From Elsinoe ampelina (lineage: Eukaryota): a stretch of DNA of 64,000 nucleotides. The notes below the pieces were generated by a model. That model searched no databases. It was not told the DNA's origin and worked only from the letters and a program-made list of their open reading frames with translations. Both the position numbers and the translations under genes were made by a program. Below, in pieces: positions 47,901 to 58,773 of this stretch (position 1 is its first letter; each line of letters opens with the position of its first letter). The DNA is taken from the NCBI GenBank assembly GCA_010093995.1, contig ML992501.1, forward strand, positions 2,809,194 through 2,873,193, given 5' to 3'.

Positions 47901-48264
47901 AAAAACAATAGCCAACCTTGACTGCGAGCCACACAATCCCCCGGATCGTTGTAGTATCGTCCTCGTTCAACCATGAGCAAATGTACTGTTTGTGGAAGCG
48001 AATGAGGCTCTCAAGTTGGTGCACCAAGGTGCCGATATCACCAGCACCTTGACTTCCATCTTTGCCAGCCAGAGCTCGGACATCAGGCCATTTGTTGTGG
48101 AGAACGATCTTATCCCTACTACCTCCGTCCCGCTTGATGGTTTCAAATGTAAGATTAACTTCGTAAAACCATCTTGCGGACAGCTCCACGTCCCTAGGGT
48201 GAGGGTCAGTGGGGTGAGCAATTGATCAAGTTTTAGAACACACTTACCCCTCAGGTTCTGTCAT
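44936..48264 (-). CDS. NLR-like STAND protein: helical N-terminal domain, NB-ARC, TPR-like repeats (multi-exon)
   Basis: Walker A HGMGGVGKT, Walker B WIVVFDNA, sensor VLVTTR, GLPL-like GHALAI and winged-helix FTVHRLVQ, then TPR-like helices (GNYDDGLQWLKNSYEIR; GDLIKAENYFNEA; GKLEAAVKHLRDAL). Canonical introns link the ORF pieces, e.g. 48247-48194. Confidence 0.88.
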
Positions 48265-49205
48265 GCTAGATAAAGTCGTCGATAGCACTGAGTGGTCTGA
48301 ACATGACGACGCAAGTCATGCAAAGTGTTGATAGGGTGCTGCCTCGATCCAGCGAAATGCGCGCATGGCGCTCAATATCTGCTTCGCCTCAAGGCGCTAA
48401 GAAGTGAACAGCGCATCACAGATTCTGGACCGCAGCGTTGTGCAAGACGCTTAGGTCGGGCTTCGTGATAGACTGCTCCAATGATACCAATGGGCGTGCT
48501 TGGACAGCTCGTTAGATATCGGAGCGAGCGCCAGACGTCATGAGGGCAAATATTCCGCCCCATTCAGGGGATCGTGTGACGAAGGATTTAGGCAAAGACG
48601 GCGTCGGCATCGTTTGACACGATTGCAGATTGGCGTGGATTGACCTCGATTGCTGCAAGCTTTGGCGGTGCAAGGACGAAGTTCTTCTATTGATAGCCAG
48701 CGTACCTGGACACAAGCGTTGTATGTAGGGTACCGCGGTGCATTGTGATGCAGCACTCATTGCCCATACGCAAATTACGGCTCCTAGTAGATGTTTTCGA
48801 ACATCCCATCCAGTTTTGGATTCGGCGCAGTCTTGGAGCCCGCGGTACACCACGAAACTGTACGACCACCCAAGGTTGTATCGAGGCCCAACTAGCTTGT
48901 CGTGCTTGAAAACCAGTGTGACCGCATTGCTTGCCGTCTTCGGGCAGTCTCGCAGCAGCGTCAGCAGACCACAGCGTGACTGCATTTGTCGACGTGGTCG
49001 TGCATTGATGCGGGTCGCCTAGTGCAAGCCTCAAAGATTGGGCACGGGTTCTTCTCGTGGTCACCGGTGAGAGGTCCTCCGCATTCGATCAGCTGCCATA
49101 CCTCGGAGGTACAAAACCTGCGGTGGGGTAAGCAAGCAGAGCCCATCATCCGAGCTGCCAAATGCAGCAACAACACCCCATATCATCAGTCAGCCCTCGG
49201 CACGA

Positions 49206-50099
49206 ATGGCCGCACAGTTCGTCCAGGTGGCAGGAGAAGAGGACATCATCGTTGGCGGGCCCAAAAACTTCTGGACGTGGTCGAAGGCTCGCGGTTGGGA
49301 CCTGACACATCCACCTAGTCCGAAAGAGCAGATTTCATCCCGACCCATCACTTTCGAATGCGATCTGAGCGATGTGACAATTGATCCTAGCAAGTCGGCA
49401 CTCATCATTATCGACATGTCGAATTTCTCATTGAGCGACGCTTTGTGGACCGTCTCACAACCGATGCGCGACGCCGAGTCGGCGCTCATGAACAATGCTA
49501 TTCCTGCCGCACGTAGGGCTGGCATACAGATTGTTTGGCTCAACTGGGGATTGTCCGAGGAAGATCTTGAACGCATGCCACCCAGTTCTTTACGCGTCTT
49601 CGGTTTCGACCGCGTCTCCGCAGTCTTGGATGCTCGAGGGGAGACTCCACGCCGATTTGGCGTGGGCTGTGACATCGGTGACCTCCGTACACATGATGGA
49701 GCACGCGTCTCTGCCGGCAGAGCCTTGATGCGTGGGAGCTGGAGTGCTGCTATTCACGAGCCGCTTGCCATCTCCTTCCGGCAGAGCCAACATACGTCGA
49801 AACCCGACGTCCTAATTTACAAGAATAGAAATTCGGGTTTATGGCATGATGAGGCGGACTGCAACATGTTTCTGCAAAATAACGGCCTCAGGACTTTGCT
49901 GTTTGCGGGCATGAATGTTGATCAGTGCGTCATAAGCACTCTCATTGATGCTCAAGCAAGAGGATATGACCCTATCCTATTACGCGATGGATGTGCTACT
50001 GATAGTCCTGATTTCGCTCAGTGGGGTGTGGAGTACAATTGTCAGAAAAACTTGGGCTTCATTACTGACAGTCAGGCATTCGCCAGAGGATGCAGATAG
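49206..50099 (+). CDS. Isochorismatase/cysteine hydrolase family protein (RutB-like), intronless
   Basis: Catalytic triad motifs LIIIDMSN (D), IYKNRNSG (K) and AGMNVDQCV (C); no signal peptide visible. Confidence 0.9.
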   Translation: MAAQFVQVAGEEDIIVGGPKNFWTWSKARGWDLTHPPSPKEQISSRPITFECDLSDVTIDPSKSALIIIDMSNFSLSDALWTVSQPMRDAESALMNNAIPAARRAGIQIVWLNWGLSEEDLERMPPSSLRVFGFDRVSAVLDARGETPRRFGVGCDIGDLRTHDGARVSAGRALMRGSWSAAIHEPLAISFRQSQHTSKPDVLIYKNRNSGLWHDEADCNMFLQNNGLRTLLFAGMNVDQCVISTLIDAQARGYDPILLRDGCATDSPDFAQWGVEYNCQKNLGFITDSQAFARGCR

Positions 50100-50725
50100 A
50101 CGATGCCATCAAAACCTGCATACCATTTACCAGTTTCGAACCAGTGTTGATAGAGCAACATTTGGGCGGAGCGGGCAAGTGCGGTCATGCTGCGTTGTAC
50201 ACTGATCCTCCACCACGTGTGCGGCTATCCCGTTGAAGAATGTCGCACAAGATTACGCTTGGCGTACAACGCGATGGAACCTTTTGGATCCGGCATGTTC
50301 TCTAGTCTCGCCAGCACATGGTCGACTTGGAGTCTTCAGGCAAGGTCGATTCATTGTCAGGCAGGCTAGCTAGATCGTGCCCTCCTCACGTCAGGATTCT
50401 CGACCGTGTAGAAAATGGCATGTGACAGGTACCGATACTCTCAGTACCTCCACTTTCATGTACGGCAGTTGCTCACCCCCAATGTGAAGCAACGATGCAT
50501 TGCTGCCCTGCCACGAGATGCTGCAATGGACATGGACGTAAGATAAGTTAGTTAGTCATGCTAGCTGCACTAGATCTGCGCCAGGATCGACGACCGTGCC
50601 CGACGATCTGCCACGGTCAGCGCAATGACTTTCTCTCTGCAGGCGTTCAACCATAACTATGCTTTGCTCTCAGCCCGCATTGTTCTTCTGCTCTCAAGAG
50701 AGTGTGGGGTAGCTCCGTCCTGACC

Positions 50726-51720
50726 ATGCCTATATTCACCCTAATCTACCTAGCCCGTGATGCGTTATGGAAGCAGGAAAAGCCATTCTACATTGAATCA
50801 GATCCCGTCGAAGGGCTCAATGGACCTCGGACGAATTACATCCTCGAGCAACACGACGTGGAAATAATGCCGATCAGACCATCTGACTCCTTCGATCTCG
50901 ATGTCCATGGCTTTAGCGTCCTGAAAGAGAATACCGAGCTAGACCTCCCAACCGCCCTTTCGGATCCGGAGCAGATCGAGGAAGCATATACCGACCAAGT
51001 GGCCGCCATCCTGCGCCGTCGGTTTCCTCAGTACCGGCGACTGGAACGTATTGACTTCGTGGTAGGATCATCGTGCAGCACGTGCGTCTTTTTGCCGACA
51101 ATGACAGGTACGCAAAAGGGACGAGCGATTCCCGCGCGAGGAGGAAGACCGTGTCGAAGGCACCCTCCAGCAACCTGCAGGGGTCATGCACACCGATTAC
51201 TCGGTGGAAGGTGCCACGTCGCACCTGCACTATACTTTCCCTGGCAACGAGGAGTACTTCAAAGGTCGAGACTATGACATGCTCAAGTACGCATCTTGGT
51301 AGCCCACCACGTGGTCATTCTATCCAAGCAGCTGACCTGAAGCCAGCGTCTGGCGCCCCCTGGTAGGTCCAAACGACGATTGGCCCTTGGCAGTGTGTGA
51401 CTACACCTCTATCGATCGTCAACGGGACGTGATTCAGGCTGATATTCTGTACAACGTTCGGATTGGTGAGAACCAGATACTACATCATGATCCAGGCCAC
51501 CGATACTACTACATCCCATCGCAGGAGCCCGACGACATGTTTGTCTTCCGCAACGTTGATTCGTCTGGGAAAAGACCTAGTGAGTCGCTCTCGTTGTCCT
51601 GCCGTCCTTACGGTGCCGACTGATTGTCCTGCAGTATCATTCCATGGCTCCTTTCACAACCCGCAAGGAAAGGGACCACCGAGGCAAAGCTGCGAAGTGC
51701 GATTCGTTGCCTTTCGTTGA
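50726..51720 (+). CDS. asaB/CmcJ-like hydroxylase/desaturase family protein (4 exons; introns ~51062-51107, 51287-51346, 51580-51634)
   Basis: Spliced translation contains EKPF..RTNY, FDLDVHGF, QPAGVMHTDYS, NVWRPLVGPNDDWPLAVCD, FHGSF and PRQSCEVR, typical of this family. Confidence 0.85.
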
Positions 51721-52057
51721 CGGGAAACCACACGACGGGATGAACTCCATGGCTACCTCTTGTATGACTGTTCCGCATGTCGACCACAAGCAGTCTTCCG
51801 ACACCTTGTCGTCATGCCTGATGTGGTCGCAAGATTTCGATATCCTCACTTCATAGCAAAGCGGCGGGCTTTGTACTGATATCTTAATTGTACCACCTGC
51901 GAGTACGCAACGACCAATTGCTGTGATCACACATACGCCGTGACATTCCTGTATTAGGCAGGCAGCTCCTGCAGACTCTGTTCACCTATGCTGCCATTTT
52001 ACCCCTTCTCAACCTATGACAGTGTTTATCCTCTAGGATGACTAGCCCTTCTTGACG

Positions 52058-53300
52058 TCAGAACACACGTTCTGATCTTTGGTCCCCACGCTCACTAGAA
52101 GTCCGCCGTCGTGTAGTAAGCTCCTGCAGCGCAATCAAGCGGCCGCCGAACATCGGAAAGTCATCGTGGTTCTCGTATGTCTCGAGCTCGACAAGGGTGT
52201 TATTTGCCTGATCTCTGCACGAGGTCGGCCAGATGTGGTTTGGAAGAGCTCGTACTTTTGAGTCTAAGGGGTGACAGCACAGTACCTCAAGCAAGCGGTC
52301 GAAAGTGTCCGGTCCGTGGTTTTGCAGCTCTGCTAGGTGACGTTTCACCAATTTACGAGCGGCTGGCGATTGTCCAATTAGCACACGGTATGACATCAAG
52401 ATCTCGCGGTGAGCCATACCGCTGTCATAAGTTTTGTGCAATACGCTTTCTTTGTTGTGGTCAACACCGTAGAGCTCCGCCAAACAACTGGAAAGGAGTC
52501 AGTCACCATAACTCGACTTGGCTTCTGTCTTGCGAGAGACTCGCTACTCAAGTAAAGAGGGTGCGTCATGATTTTGACGGGAATGCAGCAGGCAGAACGT
52601 GGGAAAGCGGAATATGGACAAGCATTTGCTGACTGGATCGAAGTCCAAATGTTGACAAATCTCGTCGACCCAAGAAATTGTAACTTTTTGCATGTGATAC
52701 AAGGTTGCGTAGTCCAACGACGATTAATTCAGGGTATATGAGTGAAAACCTGCAACGATGTGCAGGCCGACTCTGTGGCGGCTGCCCATTCTGATTCTCG
52801 TCCGTTGTAGCTGGCCAAAGATTGAAATCACTGGGTCCTGAACATCTTCGTCCTTCATTGCAAAATCAGTGCCTTCCAATTGTTTCACACGGACTTGTGG
52901 CGCATCCGTGCTGCATCCTATGGAGATGCTTGGTACATAAGTCATCGTTCCCGTACGACGAAGATGACCATCTTGGCTGGGTGCGAGCTCGACATGTTGC
53001 ACGTCGACTTGCTGTGGTGCGACGTGAAGGGAGAGGTCAGTGGGAGCCTTCCAGAACATAGTGTGTATGTCTGAATACTTGAGACTGCGACCGGCCGGTC
53101 TGACGTGATGGCAGCGGTTGAGGATCTTGGATTGGATGGCCGACTGGGTATCAACAATGACTGTGTGTGGCTGAATGTCCAGGGGGGAATCGCAAGGCAA
53201 ACTGCAAAACACAGGTGGGAGGCACCTCCCTCTACCTCGGCGATAGCTGTCCATATATCCCAGTAAGAGGTGGTTGTCAAGTCCCATTTGCCTCAAGCTG
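52058..53300 (-). pseudogene. Pseudogenised paralog of the 41660-43154 gene (5' boundary approximate)
   Basis: SYTLN*SSLDYATL..ISWVDEICQHLDFDP..LSIFRFPTFC aligns with the paralog but has an in-frame TAA at 52724-52726. The second exon (HREILMSYRVLIGQS..DFPMFGGRL) diverges and stops before the WRDRR/TM segment. Confidence 0.8.
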
Positions 53301-53839
53301 CTAAAAAGTGTTGTTTGGCATTGTCGCCGAGCCGCAAAGACATGAGATCTGGAGACCATGCACTTATCGCACCCGGCAAACCCTCTACCAAAATTCTCTT
53401 GAAGTCATATCTGCCATATGGACACGATACGTGGCAGTAGTGTTGCGCTACAGTCCCTTGCACTTCTCGCTCACCCACGCATGATGCAATGGAAGTTGTG
53501 AGGAGTGGCCGGAATTACTCGTGCGTCACACCGAGCGGAATCACCTCCACCTCCACAATGATGCGGTTCAAAAGACTCAGTTCTCGCCAGAACACTCGAG
53601 CTGATGATCCTGCGGAGATAGCGATTGTGTGGTGAATGGTCGACCTCGAAGCGGAATCTTGCGCCGTGTACAGATATCGGCGTGTCTCATATGGCTGTCA
53701 TGTTTTACTTTCCAGACTTGGTGTTCCCGTGGTCGGTCGAGCCATTGAAGCTGTATGGTAGCCGTGATCGTCGGCATTAGTTGATCTTGAGCTTACTCGT
53801 GCATCAAATGCTGGAGCTCGCCTGTCCAGGAGAAAATCT

Positions 53840-54559
53840 TCAATCAGATTGATTTGAGATGTCTCTCCCTGATGCAGAATCTTGGCGGGTTCTGGCATGT
53901 TCACTCCTATTTGTGGCCTCCATAACATCGTCCGCGTCGTCGTCGTCGTCCTCATCCAGATCCTCGACCTCGCTGCCCAGTAGGCTAACCCTGGGTTCCA
54001 GCTGATCCAGATCCTCCAGTACTGTTCTTGCCGGCATCTTCCACAGGCTGACACCGCAAACCCTCTCCTTCACCAATAGGTCATCCACAAACTCGTCCAC
54101 ATAGCTTAGGCGAAACCCCTCCCGCGTTCGTCTCTTCAGCTTCCTCCCATCTCCGAGATATCCCTCCAGCAAAGCATACACTTCTTTCGCGTCCTCCGTA
54201 AGCCGGACGTACATGGCCGCGAGTGCGCGTAGGTACTTCCACTCCTCCCCTCCTCGACTCAAGTAAAGATCCACAATCTCCTTCTCCGGAGTGAGCTGTA
54301 GCATCTTGAAGAGCAGACAGAGGAACGGTGTTGGCTTTTGTGCCACGCCGTACGTCCCACCAATGTATGTGAGCTCGACTGCTCGGTCGAGTAGGGTGGC
54401 GCTGTTCAGTCCGAAGCATTGCTCTTTCCAATAGTAGCTCTCCGTGATGCGGTCTCGGATTGGCGCATCCACGAGCGTGAGCGGATTCTGACCTCGAATC
54501 AATGGACCACTGTAGCCGCGGTTGTCAAGCATGCGACTCGCATCTGCGGAGTGCGCCAT
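53840..54559 (-). CDS. PRP38: Pre-mRNA splicing factor 38
   Basis: IRGQNPLTLV..IRDRITESYYWKEQCFGLNSATL; KPTPFLCLLFKMLQL; KYLRALAAMYVRL; YVDEFVDDLL. Confidence 0.95.
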   Translation of the reverse strand: MAHSADASRMLDNRGYSGPLIRGQNPLTLVDAPIRDRITESYYWKEQCFGLNSATLLDRAVELTYIGGTYGVAQKPTPFLCLLFKMLQLTPEKEIVDLYLSRGGEEWKYLRALAAMYVRLTEDAKEVYALLEGYLGDGRKLKRRTREGFRLSYVDEFVDDLLVKERVCGVSLWKMPARTVLEDLDQLEPRVSLLGSEVEDLDEDDDDDADDVMEATNRSEHARTRQDSASGRDISNQSD

Positions 54560-54875
54560 GATGAGCGAAGATCAGCTCAGCAAGTCGCACAAGGTGCCAC
54601 AGAGCTACTGCCAGAGCCGAACGCTGTGAGAAGTGAAATTCTTCGAAGCTTTTGGACTCAGGCCAATCAGAGAATGATGCAGAGATTCGAGTCAAGCTCG
54701 GGTGTGCGCGAGTCAAGTGTTGCTGGCGCGACAGCGTAGAATCAACAATGACGTAGCTTTCCGTATCATGGATTTCTGGCACTGCATTTGGTAATTTCTT
54801 AGAAGCATTCCAGACGGTTGAAATCGATACACCACATATGCAATGCTCTTACACCGAGGATAAAGACGTTAGAGT

Positions 54876-56195
54876 ATGCGTCGTATTCTCCTCACGAGTA
54901 GCCAGGTCTCTCTGGTGCTCAGCGGCATAATCAGTAAGTAGATCATCCACTCCTCGAGAGGCTTCACCCAGCTGGTGTCCGGAACAAGCTCGTCATACTA
55001 ATATAACGTAGCACTAGCTTTCACTCTCTTACTTTTTCTTTCTGGCCTCTTCCTCCAGCGACGAACCCTCCATTCCCTTCAACAGACTCTTGCTCCACGC
55101 CTCCCTCCGATACCAGCATCACACTTCATCGCGCCCGACAACTCTCCTTCTTCAAGACATTTCTCCTCTTCGTACAAAGACCATATCGCTTCCGCCTCGT
55201 ACAATACTCAGCAAGCCGCTATTCCTTGGTCTCGCCTGGCGCATGTCCAATTCCCAACTTCTCATCATGAAGTTTGCTCTGCTGTCATGCTGTTCGCGGA
55301 CCTACACAGATTGAAGAGTCCAGCAAAGAGGGTTCTGGTGTTTCCATCAGAGTGGCTGGGTAGTGAAGGTAATAAGGGTACAACAGGACAAGGAGGTATG
55401 GGAAAAGTGCGAGCAGATGTGTCAGACCCATGGATGGCAACGACGCGGAGACTATTGAGGGTCGCTGGCAGAAGATATGGTGTACAATTACGGCCTGTGA
55501 GCCCACGGTACATGGGCAAGGGTAAAAGCCAGGGTAAAGGTTGGTTCGGACTCGGTACAGAAGAAGTGATAGAGGATGAAGGGAAAGAGCTCGAGGGCAA
55601 GAAACTGGCTACACTCCTAGGAATGCACGAACTCGAGCGGGCACTCCTGGTCAGGACACCAGGCTGGGTCCTCGATGCTAGCGGACTGGACGCTGCACTC
55701 GCCTACTCCTCCGTCGAAGGAATCGCCACCCTCACCAGCGCCAACGGCACAGACGCCGTCCTCCTCAAAACCGCCGACCAACCCTCTTCCTCCCTCTCCA
55801 CCACCTCAACCACACCCGGCTCTTCACCAGCAGACTCATCCCACCATCTCGTCTCCCCCTCCGAACTCGACCGGCTCCTCACCTCCGGCCTCCCCCTCAC
55901 ACCTCTCCTCCCAGCCCTCTCGACCTCCCTCCTCACCTCCATCGGCACGCTCCACTCCCCTTCACCAGAAGAAACCTTCAACGCAACGCACTTCCTCGCA
56001 TCAACGAGCTACATCACCTTCACCGACCCCAAACTGCCGGCTGGACCGGAGTATGACGTGCCGTTCGCCGATAAAGTGCGAGCAAGACCAATGAACAAGG
56101 ACGCGGATTGGGTGTGGACGAAGTTGTATGGGATGTTTGCCGAGAGGAGGAGGGAGGTTTGTGGGTTGGATTTGGAGTGGATTCCTCCTTCTTGA
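54876..56195 (+). CDS. GT8 (GNT1-like) glycosyltransferase-fold type II membrane protein (intron ~54934-55011)
   Basis: The spliced N-terminus gives a TM helix (LAFTLLLFLSGLFL). IPWSRLAHVQF..EVCSAVMLFADLHRLKSPAKRVLVFP and C-terminal YITFTDPKLP..W..LY..F...R..VC resemble GNT1-type GT8. Confidence 0.7.
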
Positions 56196-56595
56196 AATGC
56201 ATAGGGGTCAAGATGGGGGAGAGGGGATGTACATAGCATAAGAGGGAAGAGGTTAGATAGATCAGGCAGGGGCGGAAGGGGAGTGGAAGGATAAGATTGG
56301 GTAATGATACAATGAACACCAGTAATCCAGTCCAACGCAAATGTGCCAGTCAGAGATATCCAAGAAAATGTCGAGGTGATCAAAGTGAAATTCAGTCTCT
56401 ATGCAAAAAGCAAGTGGTATAGTGGTACAGTGGTATCTCCCATCCCAGATCCCAGATCCCGCTATGCAAAACGCCGCCCAGATGCCCTGTACAAGTTCCC
56501 CTCCTTCGACTATCCCTTCCCCTATCCTCTTCTCCCCTTCTCCCTCCGCCCCTCTATCCCCTTCTCCCCTCGTCAGTCCCTCCATCTACTCCCAA

Positions 56596-58773
56596 CTACG
56601 AATCCCGCCCATCAATCTCCTCCCCCTTCCCCCTCCCCTTCCCGCCCTTCTTCCCCTTACCTCCCTTCGTCCCCTTCCCTTTCCCTTTCCCAGCCTTCCC
56701 CCCCTTCCCCTTCTCCCCCGCCGGCCGTCCCTTATGCACCTTCCCCGGCCTCACCCCCGCCGCCTCTGTAGCCCGCGGGACCAACGTCGTCCTCGTCTTC
56801 GTCGTCATGGTCGTCGCCTTGCCCTTCCCTGCAGCCGTTGTGGGAGCAGCAGTCGGTATCGCCCCAACGGGATCGCCGCTGTCGCCTCTCCCGTCGCCGG
56901 AGTCATTGCCCCCGTCAACCCCGTCCGAGTCGTCGGCGCCGTCGCCGTTGTCGTCTACCGGGTCAGGGTCGGGGGTGGAGCCACTGCCACTGCCACTGCC
57001 GCTGCCGCCGGAACCAGGGCCTTGGCTGCCTCGGGAGTGCTTGAGTGGCACTGCTATCGCATCGGGGGCGAACTGCACCTGTCTCTTTGCCTGGTCGACG
57101 ATGGTGATGGTCGAGTTCCCCTGGTCGGGGTTGAAGAGAGTCGCCTTCGTCCCGTTCATTCGGACGCCCGAAGTGAACATGGACCTTAATCCGCCATAGA
57201 TGGTGTACACACGCGCGTGGAACGCGATGCGCCATTTCCCGTCGTCGCCCTTGGCGAGGGAGCAGGAGCCTGGGGAGAGGAGGTCGTACATGCGTGTGTG
57301 CAGGAGGGGTTTCTTGGCACGGACGTACGGGCCAGAGACGGAGGAGGAGGTGGCGTATTTGACGTTGTAGTTGTCGTTGGCGGTGCAGCCGCTGGAGAAG
57401 AAGAGGAAGTAGGTTCCTTCGTCGCTCTTCACGAGGGCGGGAGCTTCGACGAGTGGGCCGTCGTGGTCGGCGGAGTCGCGGTCGAGGAGCTCAACGGGGT
57501 CGCCCTCGGGGGTGACACCGTCGGATTTGGTCTTTTGGAGCATGATAGGGGTCTTCTGCAGAGGAGGGACCGTGTTGCCGCATTGGCCGCCGTGACCGCG
57601 GTTGTTGCCGTCGATCTTGTAGATGACGTAGATGGTGCTGGTGCCATCGGCTTCGGTCTCGATGTATGGGGTAGGGTCGATGGCGCCGCCGAGAGACTGT
57701 GGGCAGGTGAAGGCATTAGCCTCGGGAATGAAAGGGCCAGCTGGAGATAGACCTGTGGAGACGGCGGCACCGATGCAGTGCATGTTTTCGTTGTCGCTGG
57801 GGCGCGCCGAGTAGTACATGATCCATTTCTTATCGGATGGGCGTTGGAAGACCATGGGGGCCCAGACGCCAGCTTGAGGAAGCTTAGGATTGTGCTTTCT
57901 GCGGGTGGTGTCGGACCAGGCGCCAACGTTGGGTAGAGGCTCGGATGTGTGCGCAGTCAAGTTCCAGTTGTAGAAGTCAGTGGACACGGCCATCTGAACG
58001 TTGTTAAGGTCAAAGCGCCACTCGGCGCCATTCTTAGGGGCATAGGCAGCGCCAATAGCATTATTAGTGGCGTAGGCATACCACACGCCTTCATGTTGGA
58101 GGATATATGGATCCGCAAAATTGGAGAAAACACCTAGGGCGACAGTGGTATTGGGTCCGAGACCGAGTGCTGCTCTCGTGGAGCCAATAGATCCAGAGGC
58201 TTCGGTACCATTGGCATTACTGTATGGTCCCGGACCACGGCCAGCAGCGCCAGTTTCAGTACCTCCCTGGCCACCGCGAGTTCCTGGACCATCTCCGAGC
58301 TGGAAACCGTCCGCTCGATCGCCAGATCCACTGCTGGTCCGGTTGCGGTGGTGCCATGTCCCTACCACAGGAGCGATAATGACTGTGAGGAGTAGGAGAA
58401 GCATGATGGAGGCAAGGATGAAGCCTCGAGAGAGAAAGGAAAACCTGTAATTCGAAGGGTCGTTGAGCTTTTCCGGATCTGGATTCCGTGGCTTGCAGAA
58501 AAAACGTTTGTAGAAGGAGAGTTCGGCACCTGGGTAGGGAGGTGGTGGTGGGAGTTTGGTAGCGAGTGATTCTGCCTGCTTCTCTTCGACTGCGCTCATG
58601 ACCTTGTCGGACTTTTGCGGTGAAGGTGGCGCTACGGTCGACCGCCGCCTAAGTTCGACTGGTGTGAGAGGCGATTGTAGAGATTCAGGATTGGTATTGT
58701 GAGAAGTAGTAATGATTTGCAGTCGAGGTGGTACAGCGGACCTGCGCGAGGCATTGTGTAAGTCAGACTGCAT
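56596..58773 (-). CDS. Membrane-anchored glycoside hydrolase family 43 with low-complexity C-terminal tail
   Basis: GH43 catalytic motifs NFADP, VWAP, AIDP and LVEAP. One internal TM helix (GFILASIMLLLLLTVIIAPVVG). First ATG of the ORF is at 58773. Confidence 0.88.
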   Translation of the reverse strand: MQSDLHNASRRSAVPPRLQIITTSHNTNPESLQSPLTPVELRRRSTVAPPSPQKSDKVMSAVEEKQAESLATKLPPPPPYPGAELSFYKRFFCKPRNPDPEKLNDPSNYRFSFLSRGFILASIMLLLLLTVIIAPVVGTWHHRNRTSSGSGDRADGFQLGDGPGTRGGQGGTETGAAGRGPGPYSNANGTEASGSIGSTRAALGLGPNTTVALGVFSNFADPYILQHEGVWYAYATNNAIGAAYAPKNGAEWRFDLNNVQMAVSTDFYNWNLTAHTSEPLPNVGAWSDTTRRKHNPKLPQAGVWAPMVFQRPSDKKWIMYYSARPSDNENMHCIGAAVSTGLSPAGPFIPEANAFTCPQSLGGAIDPTPYIETEADGTSTIYVIYKIDGNNRGHGGQCGNTVPPLQKTPIMLQKTKSDGVTPEGDPVELLDRDSADHDGPLVEAPALVKSDEGTYFLFFSSGCTANDNYNVKYATSSSVSGPYVRAKKPLLHTRMYDLLSPGSCSLAKGDDGKWRIAFHARVYTIYGGLRSMFTSGVRMNGTKATLFNPDQGNSTITIVDQAKRQVQFAPDAIAVPLKHSRGSQGPGSGGSGSGSGSGSTPDPDPVDDNGDGADDSDGVDGGNDSGDGRGDSGDPVGAIPTAAPTTAAGKGKATTMTTKTRTTLVPRATEAAGVRPGKVHKGRPAGEKGKGGKAGKGKGKGTKGGKGKKGGKGRGKGEEIDGRDS

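Noticed and set aside
36860..53500. Intact Starship or DNA transposon
   Set aside because: No tyrosine-recombinase captain, transposase, terminal inverted repeats or target-site duplication seen.
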